Source: Salpingoeca rosetta (taxonomy: Eukaryota; Protista; Choanoflagellata). Taken from it: a DNA stretch of 64,000 nucleotides. A program made the translations under genes and the position numbers. Numbering within the stretch: the stretch's first letter is position 1; every line of letters starts with the position of its first letter. The stretch covers positions 268,652-332,651 of the forward strand of contig JAWQFM010000009.1 of the NCBI GenBank assembly GCA_033442325.1, given 5' to 3'. A model generated the notes under the pieces. The model had not been told where the DNA came from, ran no database searches, and saw only the letters and a list, made by a program, of their open reading frames with translations. This document shows, in pieces, positions 42,288-64,000 of this stretch.

Positions 42288-45006
42288 ATGGAGAGGGGCT
42301 GCAGACGAACGACGCAAACTCAGCAGCGGTGCTGCACCGCAGGTGTGCTTGTGGCGGTGGCGCTGCTCGCATGTTGTGCTGCGCCGGCATCGGCCCAGGG
42401 CGAGAACGGCAGGGGCAGCGCTCGCGGCACCATCTTCATCCTGGCCGACGATGTTGGTGCGGATAGCTTTGGTGTGTATGGATCCGAAAGGAACACACCC
42501 AACGTTGACGCCATGGCTGCCAACGGCTTCTATGCGGACTACTTTTTCATGCACCCCGTCTGCTCCCCAAGCAGGTGCGCTGCATGCATGGGTGTCCGCG
42601 TTTGTGTCTGTATCTCTGTCTGTCTGCGGCGCTGTGGCTGTCTGTGGCTCTGTGGCTGTCTGTATCAGCGTGTGCTTCTGTTGCATCTCCTCTTTCTATC
42701 GCCCTTTTCCCCATCTGCCCCATCTCTTTGTGTATGTTTTGTTAGCTTGCTTTCCGTCTCCGCTTCACTTTTTCCAACTGCGGTGACCAAGACGTGCATG
42801 CAAGCAAGCAACAGTGGTCGTTGCACCCCCGCACCCCCCCCCCGTGCGTGTTTGGCACAGACCCAACCAAGCAAGCAACCGGTCTGGGATAGTTTTATGG
42901 CGCTCACACCAAACGCAACCCATGCTGCACATCGCCATGACACTTGTTTGTCTGAACAGAGGCTCGGTTGCAAGTGCACGGTACCCGTTCCGCACTGACG
43001 TCACCCGAAACATTGACACAACCACCATCCGCGAAGAGGATTGCTTGCTTGCAAAAGGCATGAAGGCAGCAAACATCTCCACCTTCCACGTAAGTGCGAG
43101 TCAGCAGAGTGAGCGTGCAGTGAGCAGAATGCGCTTGTAGTCTCGTGGTCTTGTCTTGTTGCCTGAGCTATGCATCGTTGCTGGAGAGTGTGGACAAGTG
43201 TGGTGCAGCAGCCTGTAGACACACACACACATGCACTTACACGCAAGCACACTCCTCTTACCGTTCTTTTTCCTTTCCCTTCCCCCACAACACACACACC
43301 ACATGTAGGTGGGAAAATGGCAAGTATCACCTGTGGACCAGTTCAACCACATTCGAACGCGATGCGACTTTGACTACTACTTTGCGTGGAACCAAGAGGA
43401 CAACCGGTATTTCAACGGCGGATTCTACACCAACGTGGAGGGCTTGACCAATGACACGTACGCCTCCTTTAGCTTCTCCCAGAACCAGCCAACGCTTGCT
43501 CCCACCACAAACGAGTTTGTGGACACGACCGGCGCCTTTTCGCCAGACGTGCTGACAGACCTGGTCATCGACTTTGTGCGCACGCGCGACGCAGACGAGC
43601 GCTTCTTCGTCTACTATGCCATGCTGCTCCCGCACAACCCAGTCATCAACGTGCCTGGGTTTGACGACGCCAGCACCATGCAGGAGCGCTTTGACAGCCA
43701 GGTGCAGTACATCGACTTACTTGTTGGCCGCATCACGGCTGCGCTGGAAGACCTGGGGATCGAGGACGAGGTGCTCGTGCTCTTCTCCTCAGACAACGGC
43801 GCCAAGGGCGACATTGAAACGCCGTGGCGGGGGCAGGTCAACCTGGGCGACAAGTTTGGCTTCTCCGACGCCGGCGTGCGCGTGCCGCTGGTGGCGCAGA
43901 TGCCCGGCACCGTGCCCGCAGGCACCTCTTCCTCGGCACTCACCGACTGCACAGACATCCTCCCCACCATCTACGACGCGTTTGGGCTGGAGCTGCCCAG
44001 CGACATTGATGGCGTGAGCTACTGGGACACGCTGGTCACCCCCGACACGGCGCCCGCGCTGCGCAGCTGGGTGTTCTTGCAGGCAAACACGCGCCAGAGC
44101 ATCCGCGATCACACCCGTCAGGTGGAGGAGGACCAGGCCTTTGATGTGACGCGGCTGTACGACCGGCGCGAGCTGCCCATCACCACCGATGCCGACGTGT
44201 GCTCGGACGCGGCCCTGATGGACCTGTACGACGCCAAGGCGAGGCTGGTCAGGAACTCAAACATCCGCATCAAGTTCCCGACAGACACCTCCTTCAAGCA
44301 CTGCAACGGCATCGTGTGCCAGGCAAACGAGCCCTTCTGCGTGCGCTCGTGCGACACGTCCGTCTACCACTGCCTGGAGTGCAGCGCTGGCGATCGCACC
44401 ACGTGCACGCGCTGCGGCATGGGCCACCTCCTCAAGCCCTCCACGGGCCAGTGCGTGCCGTCCATGTTCACCACCACGCCCTCCACAACCACGACCACGA
44501 CAACCACGACGACCACAACAACGGAGGGCACGACGACCACGGCTGCTTGTGTTGTTGAGCACTGCGCGTCGTGCCGCGGCAACAAGCCCTGGCGCTGCAA
44601 CCGCTGTGAGGATGGCTACCGGCTGCGGCGGCGCGGGCGGGAGTGCCGCCCCCCGCTGGACTGCGAGGTGGAGAACTGCCTGCAGTGCAAGAAGAACAGG
44701 CCCAGGCGGTGCAAGCGGTGCGCCGAGGGATATGAGCCGCGCATGCAGCGCACGCGCTGTGACGTTCCCTTGCCCTGCCAGGTGGACAACTGCGTGGAGT
44801 GCCGGGAAAACAAGCCGCGCCGCTGCCAGCAGTGCGAGCCAGGGTACGCCTTGTACAAGAACGCCAAGCGCTGCGCCGAGATTGGCCTGTGCCACGTGAA
44901 CAACTGCGAGGAGTGCCACCTTGGCAAGCCGAAGCGCTGCTTGCGCTGTCTGCCGGGCTTCATCAAGCGCAAGAACAATCGCAGGTGTGTCCCTGAGCAC
45001 AACTAG
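42288..45006 (+). CDS. Secreted formylglycine-dependent (S1) sulfatase with Thr-rich linker and four Cys-rich repeats; 3 exons
   Basis: Signal peptide VLVAVALLACCAAPASA; IFILADDVG; TPNVDAMAANG; FGly motif VCSPSR; TFH|VGKWQ; FFVYYAMLLPHNP; LFSSDNG; GVRVPL; DILPTI; DGVS. These are followed by a poly-Thr linker and four 38-aa CxVxxCxxC...PxRCxxCxxG[YF]...C repeats. Exons ~42288-42574, 42960-43089, 43309-45006. Confidence 0.9.
44548..45003 (+). repeat. Four tandem 38-codon Cys-rich (6 Cys each) protein repeats
   Basis: CVVEHCASCRGNKPWRCNRCEDGYRLRRRGREC / CEVENCLQCKKNRPRRCKRCAEGYEPRMQRTRC / CQVDNCVECRENKPRRCQQCEPGYALYKNAKRC / CHVNNCEECHLGKPKRCLRCLPGFIKRKNNRRC. Confidence 0.93.
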
Positions 45007-45566
45007 CAGCACGGCAAGCGCACAGTCGGGCGTGTGGCGACGCGAACCCCGAAGCTGAGACAACAGCAGCCTGCCTACGCGAAGCCAGTAGTTCTTTTCG
45101 TAGTAGAGCCTTATCAGCGTGCATGTCGTCGTTGGGAGGAGCAAGTTGTGATGTCAAGTGTTTCCTTTTGTGTGTGCATAGCCATGTGTGTGCATAGACG
45201 ATGGGGGTCCATTCTTTCTTTCTTTGTCTTGTGTCTTTCTTTCCGCGGTGGTAGAGTTGTTACACCTTCCTTGTGTGTATGTATGTATGTATGTATGTAT
45301 GTATGCAGATGGTCAGCTCAGGGTGTGTGTGTGTGGTGCGTGTGTGTGCTTGTGTGTGTGTGTGTGGTGCGTGCGTGTGTGCGTGTGTGTGGTCGAGGCA
45401 GTCTGTTCTCTGCTTCTTGTGTGTTCGCTTTGTCTTGTGTGGCTCCCTCCCCTCTTCATGGTCAGACTTGAACACTCTCATTACAGTCCACCAGTTGAAA
45501 GGACTCAATGGTGACATCATCAGATCGGGGAGCTGGGGAGGGCGGGCGGAAAGGTGTCTGTCTGCG

Positions 45567-45728
<162 letters not shown>

Positions 45729-45949
45729 ATGTACACATTTACAGCACACACATAGACACATACAACACACACCCCTGGGAGCATGAACGAAGAAACCTGA
45801 CGGTGGTGACTTTTGCACTCTCGCGCGGATGTTTGGGAAGGGGGCGGCTGTCATGACCACACGACCCCCTCCCAGCCCTCAACGATCCCCTTCCTCTTGC
45901 TTTGTGGGTGAGCATTTATTGCATGCGAAGGATGATTTGGTGTGAGTTT

Positions 45950-45972
45950 AGTGCGGGAAAAGTGCGGGAAAA
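45950..45972. promoter_or_regulatory. Tandem E2F-consensus sites upstream of TLK
   Basis: AGTGCGGGAAA repeated twice. GCGGGAAA (45953-45960, 45964-45971) is the reverse complement of TTTCCCGC, the canonical E2F site. Confidence 0.45.
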
Positions 45973-46739
45973 CAAGCAAAGAATTCCGCACAAGTTGAGT
46001 GAGCGCGACCTTCGTCTTCTTCGTTTTTCGCTTCCCGCTCCTCTCCCTCAGCTCATCAGTCCACAAACGACAAACCAAAGCAAGGGAGGAAGAAGGTGGT
46101 TTGTGCGGGTGTGCGCAGATATCAGCGACCTAACGCAACATCAACTCTGTGTGCGCAGGACGGAGAACTCGCTGGCATTGCATACCGCTTTCGCAAACGC
46201 AGACCGCGGCAGCACCAGCACGAAGGAACTGAGGCCAGCTGCGTGTGTGTGTGTGTGTGTGTGTGTGTTCGCGTGCGTGTCGTGTGCAGAGGAAGAAGTC
46301 GTGCCGGTGACGCGGAAGCACAGGTACGCGAACTGCTCCAATAACCAGTAACCAGCAACTGCGCTACTCGAGCAACAAGAACGACCAAGAACGACACCCA
46401 ACAAGAACGATCAACAAGAGCGAAGAGGACAAGCAAGGTCGAAAGCAAGCTTAGCTTCTCCCCGCACAAACACACGACGGGACGGGCGCAGGGCACACCT
46501 TGCAAAGCGTTGGTCGGTGCCCGTTTGGACGTGCATGACAACAGCCAAGCAACAGCCGTCGTCGACTCGTAGTCAACACATAAGCAGAGGCACAAGACGC
46601 AACCAGGCAAACATAGTCACACAGGTGCGGTCATCTCTTTCGTGTACTCGTTTGTTGGTGTTGTTGTCGTCGTCGTCGTCGTCGTTGTTGTTGTTGTCGT
46701 CGTCGTCGTTGTTGTTGTTGTTGTTGTTCTTGACTCTTG

Positions 46740-46773
46740 TTTGTTGTTTGTTGTTGTTGTTTGTTGTTGTTGT

Positions 46774-46864
<91 letters not shown>
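46740..46864. repeat. (GTT)n microsatellite, probable TLK 5'-UTR intron
   Basis: Direct reading. Confidence 0.9.
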
Positions 46865-47009
46865 CATCGTCTCATCGCTGCTCGTAATACCACGCAACGA
46901 GTGCTTGTCTCTTGTCCCTTTTTCACACACACACACACACACAATCACACACTCTCTCTCTTGGCCCTGGTTTTACCGATGCAGCCCGCGTGGTCAGATT
47001 GAAGCTGTG

Positions 47010-49033
47010 ATGGACACGAGTGAGGTGTTACACCACTCCAATCCAGGCAATCCTCAGGTCTGTCTTCTTGCACTTGATCACCCCCCGCAAGTATGCTTTC
47101 GTTGTGCATGTGTGCTCTGCATTTGTGCCCTTGCTCGCGTGTGCAAGCCACCCGCACTCTCACATTCACACAGAATCACGCACTTACGCACTCTCACTCT
47201 TACATTCACACAAAATCACGCACTCACGCACACACACACACACATATGACGCTGTGTAGCCGCCACTCCATGCTGATCCCGATCGATTGCGGCGCCTTGA
47301 CCGCCGGATTCAGAATGTGAGAACACACACAATGAAAGCGTGTTGTGTGTGTGTGTGCTTGTGTGCTGTTAGGTTTGCTGCTTCATTTGTGCTTGTGTCG
47401 CTGTCAATCACCCAAGTTGCATTGTCTGCTCACGCGTGCTTCCCGCTGTGCACAGAACGGATCCCGTTCACAAGGCGTGAGCCAAGACGGCTTCGACCCA
47501 CCTGCTCTAGTGCGTTCACTTTCAAATTCCATCATGACACCCACACATGAACCCCCCCCCCCTCCTTCTCTGGCATCTTGCAAGCCTAACCCGTTTTGCC
47601 ATTACTCGTGCCTTTCCCTCTTTCTGAACTTCTACTCGTCCATAGTGCCATGTTCCTCATCGCACAACACCCTTTTTCGCCCCCGCACCTCCTCTCCGTG
47701 GCTTTTGCTTCCCTCGCTTTCAATGACTAACGCCGCCAACAACACCAACGACGCACCTCAGGGCACTGGTCCGCCAGCGACGGGCACGGCGTCGTCGGAC
47801 AACAACATGCAGGCGCCTGTGCCTTCAAAGGGGCTGCACATGTCGACATCGCACCCAGTCGACCTGCTTCAATCAAGCCCCCAGCAGCAACCAGAACAGC
47901 CCCAGCCACAGCAATACCACCAGCAGCAGCAGAGGCAGCCGCCGTCGCGGCGCACATCCGTCTCCGCAGACTCCCCAAGTAAGCAGTTGTGTCGTGTTCG
48001 ACGAACATTGCATTCTGGGACGTGTGCTGTTGGTTGCACCACACATTCACGGCCGCACACACACCGTCCAACCCCGCGCACTGTGCTGCGCATACTCCTT
48101 TCTCACCTACACCGTACACACATCACCCATGCACGATACATTCAACCACACTCCCACACCACTCACTCACACCTACACACACATACACACGCTCTTTCTC
48201 TCAACAATGTATGCAGTTTCCAGCATGTATCCCCGCGCATCCGGGCCGTCGCCGTCAACCACCAGCACAGACTCGGACGACCTCCAGCGCCCAAAGCAGC
48301 CAAAACTCTCCACGTCCTCCCAGGGTGCGTTCGGTGTGTGTCTGTGTGTCTGTTCTCGTTTGGAGTTGTGTGCGCCTGTTGCTGCTTGCAGTCGTTGCCG
48401 TGTAGTTTAAGTTCCGTCCATCCACCTCACGCTCGCAACGCGGTTGTTATCGTGTGACTCGTGCACCCTCTGCTGTGCATTGTTGGCACCATCAGCGTCG
48501 CTGATGGGCCTTGGATCAATAGCAACTGCAAACGGCGAGCAGCTGCAGGCAACAAGCGCTTCATCCTCATCAACACAGCCAAGGACATCAACTGCAAAGC
48601 AACGGCAGGTGGGTCGTCACCCCTTACCATGCGTGCAGCGATGTGTGTGTGTGTGTGATGTCAAGGCTGATATCTTCGCCGTCACGATTTCTCTTTCTCT
48701 TCAACTTCCATGTTCCACTTCCTCATTCCTCCCTCCTCACGCGCACTCACGTATGTGCTTTGATTCACCAACCAATGACAGTCTGGCTCGCCACCTGCGC
48801 GGGCACGGAAAGCGCGCGCAGCGTCGAAGCGAAGAGGAAACTCTGCAGCATCGCGCACCGAGAATGCCCGCAAGGCGCTAACCAACTACGTGTACAGCTT
48901 GCCACTTGACACATGTCGCTCGCGGCTGCTGGCGCTGGAGCAGGAGAAGGAGGAGACGCGAAGAACACACACGGAAGAGGTATCCCCATTCGTGTTGCGT
49001 GTGTGTCTGTGTGCGTGCGTGTTGCGTGTGTGT

Positions 49034-49117
<84 letters not shown>

Positions 49118-49440
49118 AAGCCTTGAAGTTTCGGGGCTGTGGTGGTGTATAGATGCGGTGACAGTGCTAGCGGTCTGCCATTCCTCCCTGCACATACCGC
49201 CCGGTCCCTTAATCGATGCATTTGTTGTGCTGCTGCTGACATTGTTGGTTTCGCTGTCGCCTTTGCTCAATGGTTTCAGGTGACACAGCTACAGAGCACC
49301 CTTGAATCCCTGCGAAGCAAGTACCGCAACACCATTGTCGACCTCATCATGGCGCAGGCCCAGCAGGAAAACCGCCGCGCCCGGTTCGTGTGAATAGATA
49401 TAAATGTGCGGTTGTGAGTATGTGCGTGTGCATGTGTGCA

Positions 49441-49494
<54 letters not shown>

Positions 49495-52400
49495 GATGAT
49501 GTAAGTGTGTTGCTGTTTGTGAAGCAAAGTCTGGTGCGCTGACATGTGATTCTGCCTCGACTTTGCTTGTGCGCTTTGCAGGGACCAGCACTTGCTGAAC
49601 GTCCAAAGACTCGGATGGGCAACAGCCGTCAGGTAACAACAACTTAATAACTTAAACAACTCAAACAACAACAGCAGCAGCAGCACATTCACACGTGAAG
49701 CTCCATGGCTCTGCACTCTGCTTTCCCTCCTGCTTCCTCCCACTCCCCTGTCTGTCGCGCCCATCTCACTGTGTCGACCATGCCTGCTGCAGATCTGGGC
49801 TGTCTGTGCACGAAGCATGGTGCGACGGGAGCGCATTCAAGTCGCTGTACACCCGGCAGCGCGAGATTGAGGCCAGAAGGAAGCAGCTGGATGAGGACAA
49901 GAAGCGACTGCAAAAGCTGCGCCCCTCCAAGTCAAAGCGCCCGCCAAGAAAGAGCCCAGAAGGTGCAACAACGCACACTTTGAGGAAACGTAATCCTGGA
50001 TGGCATGTTTGTGTTTGTTTGTTGGTGTCGGTCTCGTCTCGTTCTTTATGCTCTTGGTTGTTGTCCCCCACCCCTCGTCACGTGCATGCGCAAAGCACCA
50101 ACATGCACCGCACTCTTGTGTGCGTAATTGCTTGTGTCTTGTCTATGACAAACACACACACATGCGCACGCATCCTTACATTTGCCAAGATACCCATAAC
50201 TTCATCACACCCATATCCTCACATGCCCAATCATGCGCATGCCTGCCCTCACAACCCCCGCGTGCCCAGGAACGAGCTCTGAGGATGTTGGCGGGCGGGG
50301 TTCGTCATCGCGCGGATCAAAGGACAAACCGAAGCTGACGGAAGAAGAGTATCAGGAGCGGCTGGAGGTGATTGCCCTCAACCTCTCAAACCTCAAGTCT
50401 GAGGAGGAGAGCCTGAAGACCCAGCTTGCAGCCCTCATCCGCGAACGAAACTTGCACGTGCGTTCTCTTCCCTGTGTTTGTTTGTTTGTTTGCTTGTTTG
50501 TTTGTACTGTATACTGCTGTTGCTGTCCTTTTTCTGCTCATCCTCACACACACATACGCACATACGCACGCACGCATCCGCTGTCACCAATTGCAATGTG
50601 CCAGGTCCGGGAGATGAAGCGCATCGCCGACGAGGACTCGGCACGATTCCGTGGCCTCCCCTACCGGTACACACACACACACATGCACACACATGCACAC
50701 ACACATGCACACACATGCACACACATGCACACACACTCTCTCTCTGCTGTACATTCATGCCACTCACTCACAACGCGTTGCAATCGTATGTGTTCTTGGC
50801 GTAATCACTGCAGTTTACACGAGCGCTATGTGCTGATGAGTCTTCTTGGCAAAGGTGGCTTCAGTGAAGTGTACAAGGTGCGGTACCACTGACATTTTGA
50901 TATTAGGCATTGACACCCCCCTCCCATGCGTGCTTACATGTCGCCCTGCTCCCCTTCGTCATCTGTCTTCTCAAGCCCACGCGCATACGCACACACGCAC
51001 AGCCACGCACAGCGTCACAGAATTACACATTTGCTCCCTCACGTCCTTTCATGCCCATCAATCCATGTCTGTTGCCCGCTGTGTGCGCAGGCTTACGACG
51101 TAGACAACTGCCGCATGGTGGCCTGCAAGATTCACCAGCTCAACCCAACATGGAGCGACGCCAAGAAGGCAAACTACATTAAGGTTTGAAGAAGGCTTTA
51201 CGTCCACACACGCACACACGCATGCATGCACGCACGTGCCTGCAACGCTTGTGTGAGTGTTTTGCTGGCATTTGATGTTGAAACAGCGCTGACCATGCCG
51301 TGGTGTTGGTTATGTGTGCAGCATGCGACCCGTGAATATGAGATTCACAAAGACCTCAAGCACCCGCGCGTCGTTGAACTCTACGGTACGCCACAACCAT
51401 CTTTTTCTTGCCGTCACAGTCACCTTGCTACATACCATGCACATTCCTTGCAAGCCTACTCAACCACATGCCCTCATTCACACACTCACACACGCAGGCA
51501 CACACACACACACACACACTCTATCTCTCTCTCGCACTCTCACACACACACACACACTCTCTCTCTCACATATACTCTCACACGCATTCACTCTTGCATT
51601 TTGCCAACTACCATGCAGACGTGTTTGAGATTGACGCGAATTCGTTCTGCACGGTGCTGGAGTACTGCCCTGGCCAGGACCTCGACTTCCTCCTCAAGCA
51701 GGAGCACCGGCTCACAGGTCTGGCACCGCTCGCATGCATCCATGCCTGTTCTTGCGGTGCTGTGTGTTGGGAGTGACACAATTGCTGCTGCTGGTGGCTC
51801 AGCTGTTGTCTGGTCGTTTGTGTCGCGTATTGCCATCCCTTTTTGCCGTGTGCAAACGTTCATGTGTGTATCTGTATCCACACACACCCGCACGCGCGTG
51901 CTCGTGCATGCCTCTCACCTCATGCTTTCTGCGTGTATTTGACCCGCGTTATTCATTGCCGCCACCGCCAACACCAGAGCGTGAGGCGCGCAACAAGATC
52001 ATCCAGATTCTGAATGCGCTCAAGTATCTCAACAGCGTGGAGCCGCCGGTCATCCACTACGACCTCAAGCCAGGTCTGCCCCCTTGCACACGCACGGGTT
52101 GGCTGTCTCGGAGTGCTGTGTCTGTGTTATGTGCAGTGTGCAGTGTGCCCGTGTTATGTGTGTGCTGTGCTGTGTCGTGTTGTGTGCGTGTGTTTGCGCG
52201 CTATGTGGTGCTTGAATTGTGTTGCTGCCAGGCCTCACACGTGGTGATGATGCGCTTGTGAATGCTGTGGCGCATTTTCCTGCACAGCCAACGTGCTGCT
52301 GACGGATGGCCAGGTGAAGATAACAGACTTTGGGCTGTCGAAGCAAGCGAAGGACATTGATGAGTCCGGCAACATGGATCTTACATCACAGGTGCGCACC

Positions 52401-52731
52401 ACGCTGCTTGTTGCCCCCCCCCCTCTTGTCGCTGCCCGCGTCGGCGTCGGCGTCTACTGATGTGATGCGATGTGTTGGTGTTCGTCGCCGCTCACAAACA
52501 GCACCTGGCGCTGTCTTCCCCCCCCCCCTGTGTGTGTGTGTGTGTGTGTTTGTTTGCGTGTGTTTGCGTGTGTGCAGGGTGCGGGCACGTATTGGTACCT
52601 GCCACCGGAGTGCTTTGTTGTCGGCACGACGCCGCCGAAGATCTCCTCCAAGGTGGACGTCTGGTCCGTCGGCGTCATCTTCTACCAGTGCCTTTATGGC
52701 GAGAAACCATTTGGCCATAACCAAAGCCAGC

Positions 52732-52776
<45 letters not shown>

Positions 52777-53132
52777 GTTCGCGTGACCAGTTACGATCAA
52801 GCTTGCTTTTGAGCCGCCTCTACTGCATCACATGCCACTGGCCACTCTCATCTCATTCCGCTGCTGGCTGTCGCTTTCTTTGCCCACAGAGCATCCTGCA
52901 AAACCACACCATTCTTCGCGCACACGAGGTCAAGTTCCCAGACAAGCCAAAAGTCAGCGAGGAAGCAAAGGTGCGCCGTCCTGGCTGCCACGCGCGACCT
53001 GTTGTGACCTGTTGTGACCTGTTGTGATTAGTGACTGATGGTTGTTGGCAAAGTTGGCTGACACCCTCAAGCTGTGTCCATCCAAGCTCCCCTGTCGCTC
53101 ACAATCAAACAACGTATCGACCAATCCAACAA

Positions 53133-53220
<88 letters not shown>

Positions 53221-53329
53221 GCAGGCGTTTATCCGTCGTTGTCTGACCTACAAGGCGGAGCTGCGGCCCGACGTGAAGTCGCTGGCGGAGGACATTTACC
53301 TCCACCGCAAGCCAGCGCGCATGACCTGA
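47010..53329 (+). CDS. TLK: Tousled-like kinase, multi-exon
   Basis: N-terminal [18 protein letters not shown]; RLGWATAVR|[12 protein letters not shown]; LIRERNLH|[15 protein letters not shown]; [21 protein letters not shown]; [22 protein letters not shown]|[21 protein letters not shown]; [15 protein letters not shown]; IHYDLKP; KITDFGLSK; [13 protein letters not shown]; [21 protein letters not shown]. Stop TGA 53329. The start codon is inferred. Confidence 0.95.
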
Positions 53330-53505
53330 CACAGAGCAAGGTGTCGTGCCATACCATGTCACGCCGCCGTCACCGTCTATTGATCCGCTGATTGCCAGGA
53401 ACCAACTATATTTGAACCCCGTGTTGTGCATTCTCTCCCTACCCTGTGTTCTCCATGTGCGTATGTGCGTGTATTGCTGACCTTGAACCATCGTCAACGC
53501 GCTTT

Positions 53506-53590
53506 TTGTTTGTTTGTTTGTTTGTTTGTTTGTTTGTTTGTTTGTTTGTTTGTTTGTTTGTTTGTTTGTTTGTTTGTTTGTTTGTTTGTT
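53506..53590. repeat. (TTTG)n microsatellite in the TLK 3' region
   Basis: Direct reading. Confidence 0.92.
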
Positions 53591-54516
53591 CTTCATGTGT
53601 CTGTCTCTGTCTGTCTCGGTCTCATATGTCGGCGCTGGAGCAAGCTGTGATGTTGCGAGAGCTTCGTCACAGCTGCAACTGCCGCGGCTGAGGTTGTTGT
53701 GCTGTCTCCGCGGCTTGCTCGTCACTCTGCCATATCCAACAGCGTTTGTGGGTTCTCCTCCTCCTCGTCTGTGCTTTACTCCCCGTTTGCACCCCAAGGC
53801 GTATCTTGTGGGGGTTCTATTGGTACAAGGACGTGCGTGATGTATTGTGATTTGCATTGACGAGTGCACCTTTTGCCTCGTTGGTGGCTGGCACGTCTTC
53901 CTGACCTTGCTTCTTCACCTTACTTTTGCTACCGCTTGTTTTATTCTAATTCCCCTTGACCCTTTGCGCAAGTAGCTGCCAGTCACATCACCCTCGTTGT
54001 TTCTCTGCGCACACCAAGCCTCCATCTCCCTTTTGCCAATGTGTCTTTTCCTCTTCAGCATCCAAACGCGCGCGCATACACATACACTCACACATAACAC
54101 ACTCTTCCACCTCCGTATGTGTCACGCTTAAACACACACACACACACTTACACTCTCCCTCTATGGCTCTTGTCGTTGTTGCTCGGCTTGTGTCACTGCG
54201 TCATTTGATAGTTTACATCGTTTGCTGCATGTCTGTTTGTCGTCATATGCACGCTCGTGTGTCCTTCACTGTCGCTTCACTCACTGTACGATTTTAACTG
54301 TGTGTTGTCGGTTGTTGCCAATGCAACAATGCACAAGTAAACAGCCAAGGTTAGAAGGACCACAAGCCAATACCTGACGATGGATGTGTGTGTGTGTATG
54401 TGTGTGTGTGTGTGTGTGTGTGCCACGTGTGCGTATGTGCGCATGTACCGAGCGCGGAGTGATGATTGCTGGCTTGCCTTTGAAATGCGGTGTATGTGTA
54501 CGTGTGACACATCACA

Positions 54517-56553
<2,037 letters not shown>

Positions 56554-56724
56554 CACGTTCCGTGTTTGGAAGAAAATTCGCCGCCACACAACTCAATCGC
56601 CAACAATTGCACCTGCTGTTGTGGAGGAGGAGAAGAAGACAAGCCGCTTCAGCAAGCAAGCAAGCAAGCCAGCAGAAGCTAAACAGGCGCCAGCCAGTGG
56701 ATGGGCTGACACGCCTCTGCCGAC

Positions 56725-63498
<6,774 letters not shown>

Positions 63499-64000
63499 AG
63501 CCAATCTCCTCAGCACTGTCGCCAAGGTGCCATGCAAATCGCGCTTCGTCGTGCACGACGTTGATCTCTTGGATTGCCCTGTTCACAGCCACAAAAACAC
63601 ACACATGCACACATGTTTGTACACACATGAACTTACACGCACACACATACACACTCTTGTATACTCTCGCGCACTCGCACGCACGATGCCATCAGGTGGT
63701 GAACAGCCAGCAGCCGCTGACGCCACAGGACCTGCAGCGGCACGTGGCAGCGGCGAAAGTGCAGCGTGAGGGCGCACTGTCATCAGCAGCGGACGACAAC
63801 AACGACGATTGTGGTGGCGGTGGCGACCGTAGTGCTAATGGTGACACTCGAACAGACTCCGGTGAGTTCTTTGAAAGTTGTATTGCTGCTGTCAACATCG
63901 TTGCTGAGGCGAAATGTATGCTTGACGATGTTTTGATTGCGAGAACCGCGCCCACACACCACAACTGCCAAGTCGTTTCCCTGTTCCCCCCCCCCCCTTT

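Noticed and set aside
63686-63769. Short ORF MPSGGEQPAAADATG near the window end
   Set aside because: Too short, with no motif; it could be an alternative last exon or part of a neighbouring gene but cannot be supported.

Overview
Intron-rich, GC-moderate eukaryotic genomic DNA saturated with (CA)n/(TG)n microsatellites. Gene content and intron style point to a choanoflagellate such as Salpingoeca rosetta (inference). Most ORFs in the supplied track are microsatellite artefacts; the real genes are spliced, and I rebuilt them by hand from GT-AG junctions and phase. Order: Ty1/copia relics (1-~900); ARAP-like SAM-PH-PH-ArfGAP-PH-PH-RhoGAP-RA-PH (+); ZMYND12-like (-) head-to-head with CCDC83-like (+); SNX3-like (-) head-to-head with a PTPN13-like KIND-FERM-5xPDZ-PTP (+); USP39 (-) head-to-head with USB1 (+); a secreted sulfatase with a Thr linker and four basic Cys-rich repeats (+); Tousled-like kinase (+); OXNAD1 (-) head-to-head with a large acidic/polyQ coiled-coil gene (+). 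Most notable: (1) introns whose splice sites are built from TG repeats (donor side) and CA repeats (acceptor side), often with no polypyrimidine tract; (2) divergent gene pairs with matched functions (U6/tri-snRNP pair; flagellar pair with an X-box-like site); (3) the sulfatase-Cys-repeat fusion; (4) two random-looking segments that are probably filled assembly gaps. Homology calls come from recalled motifs, not database searches.
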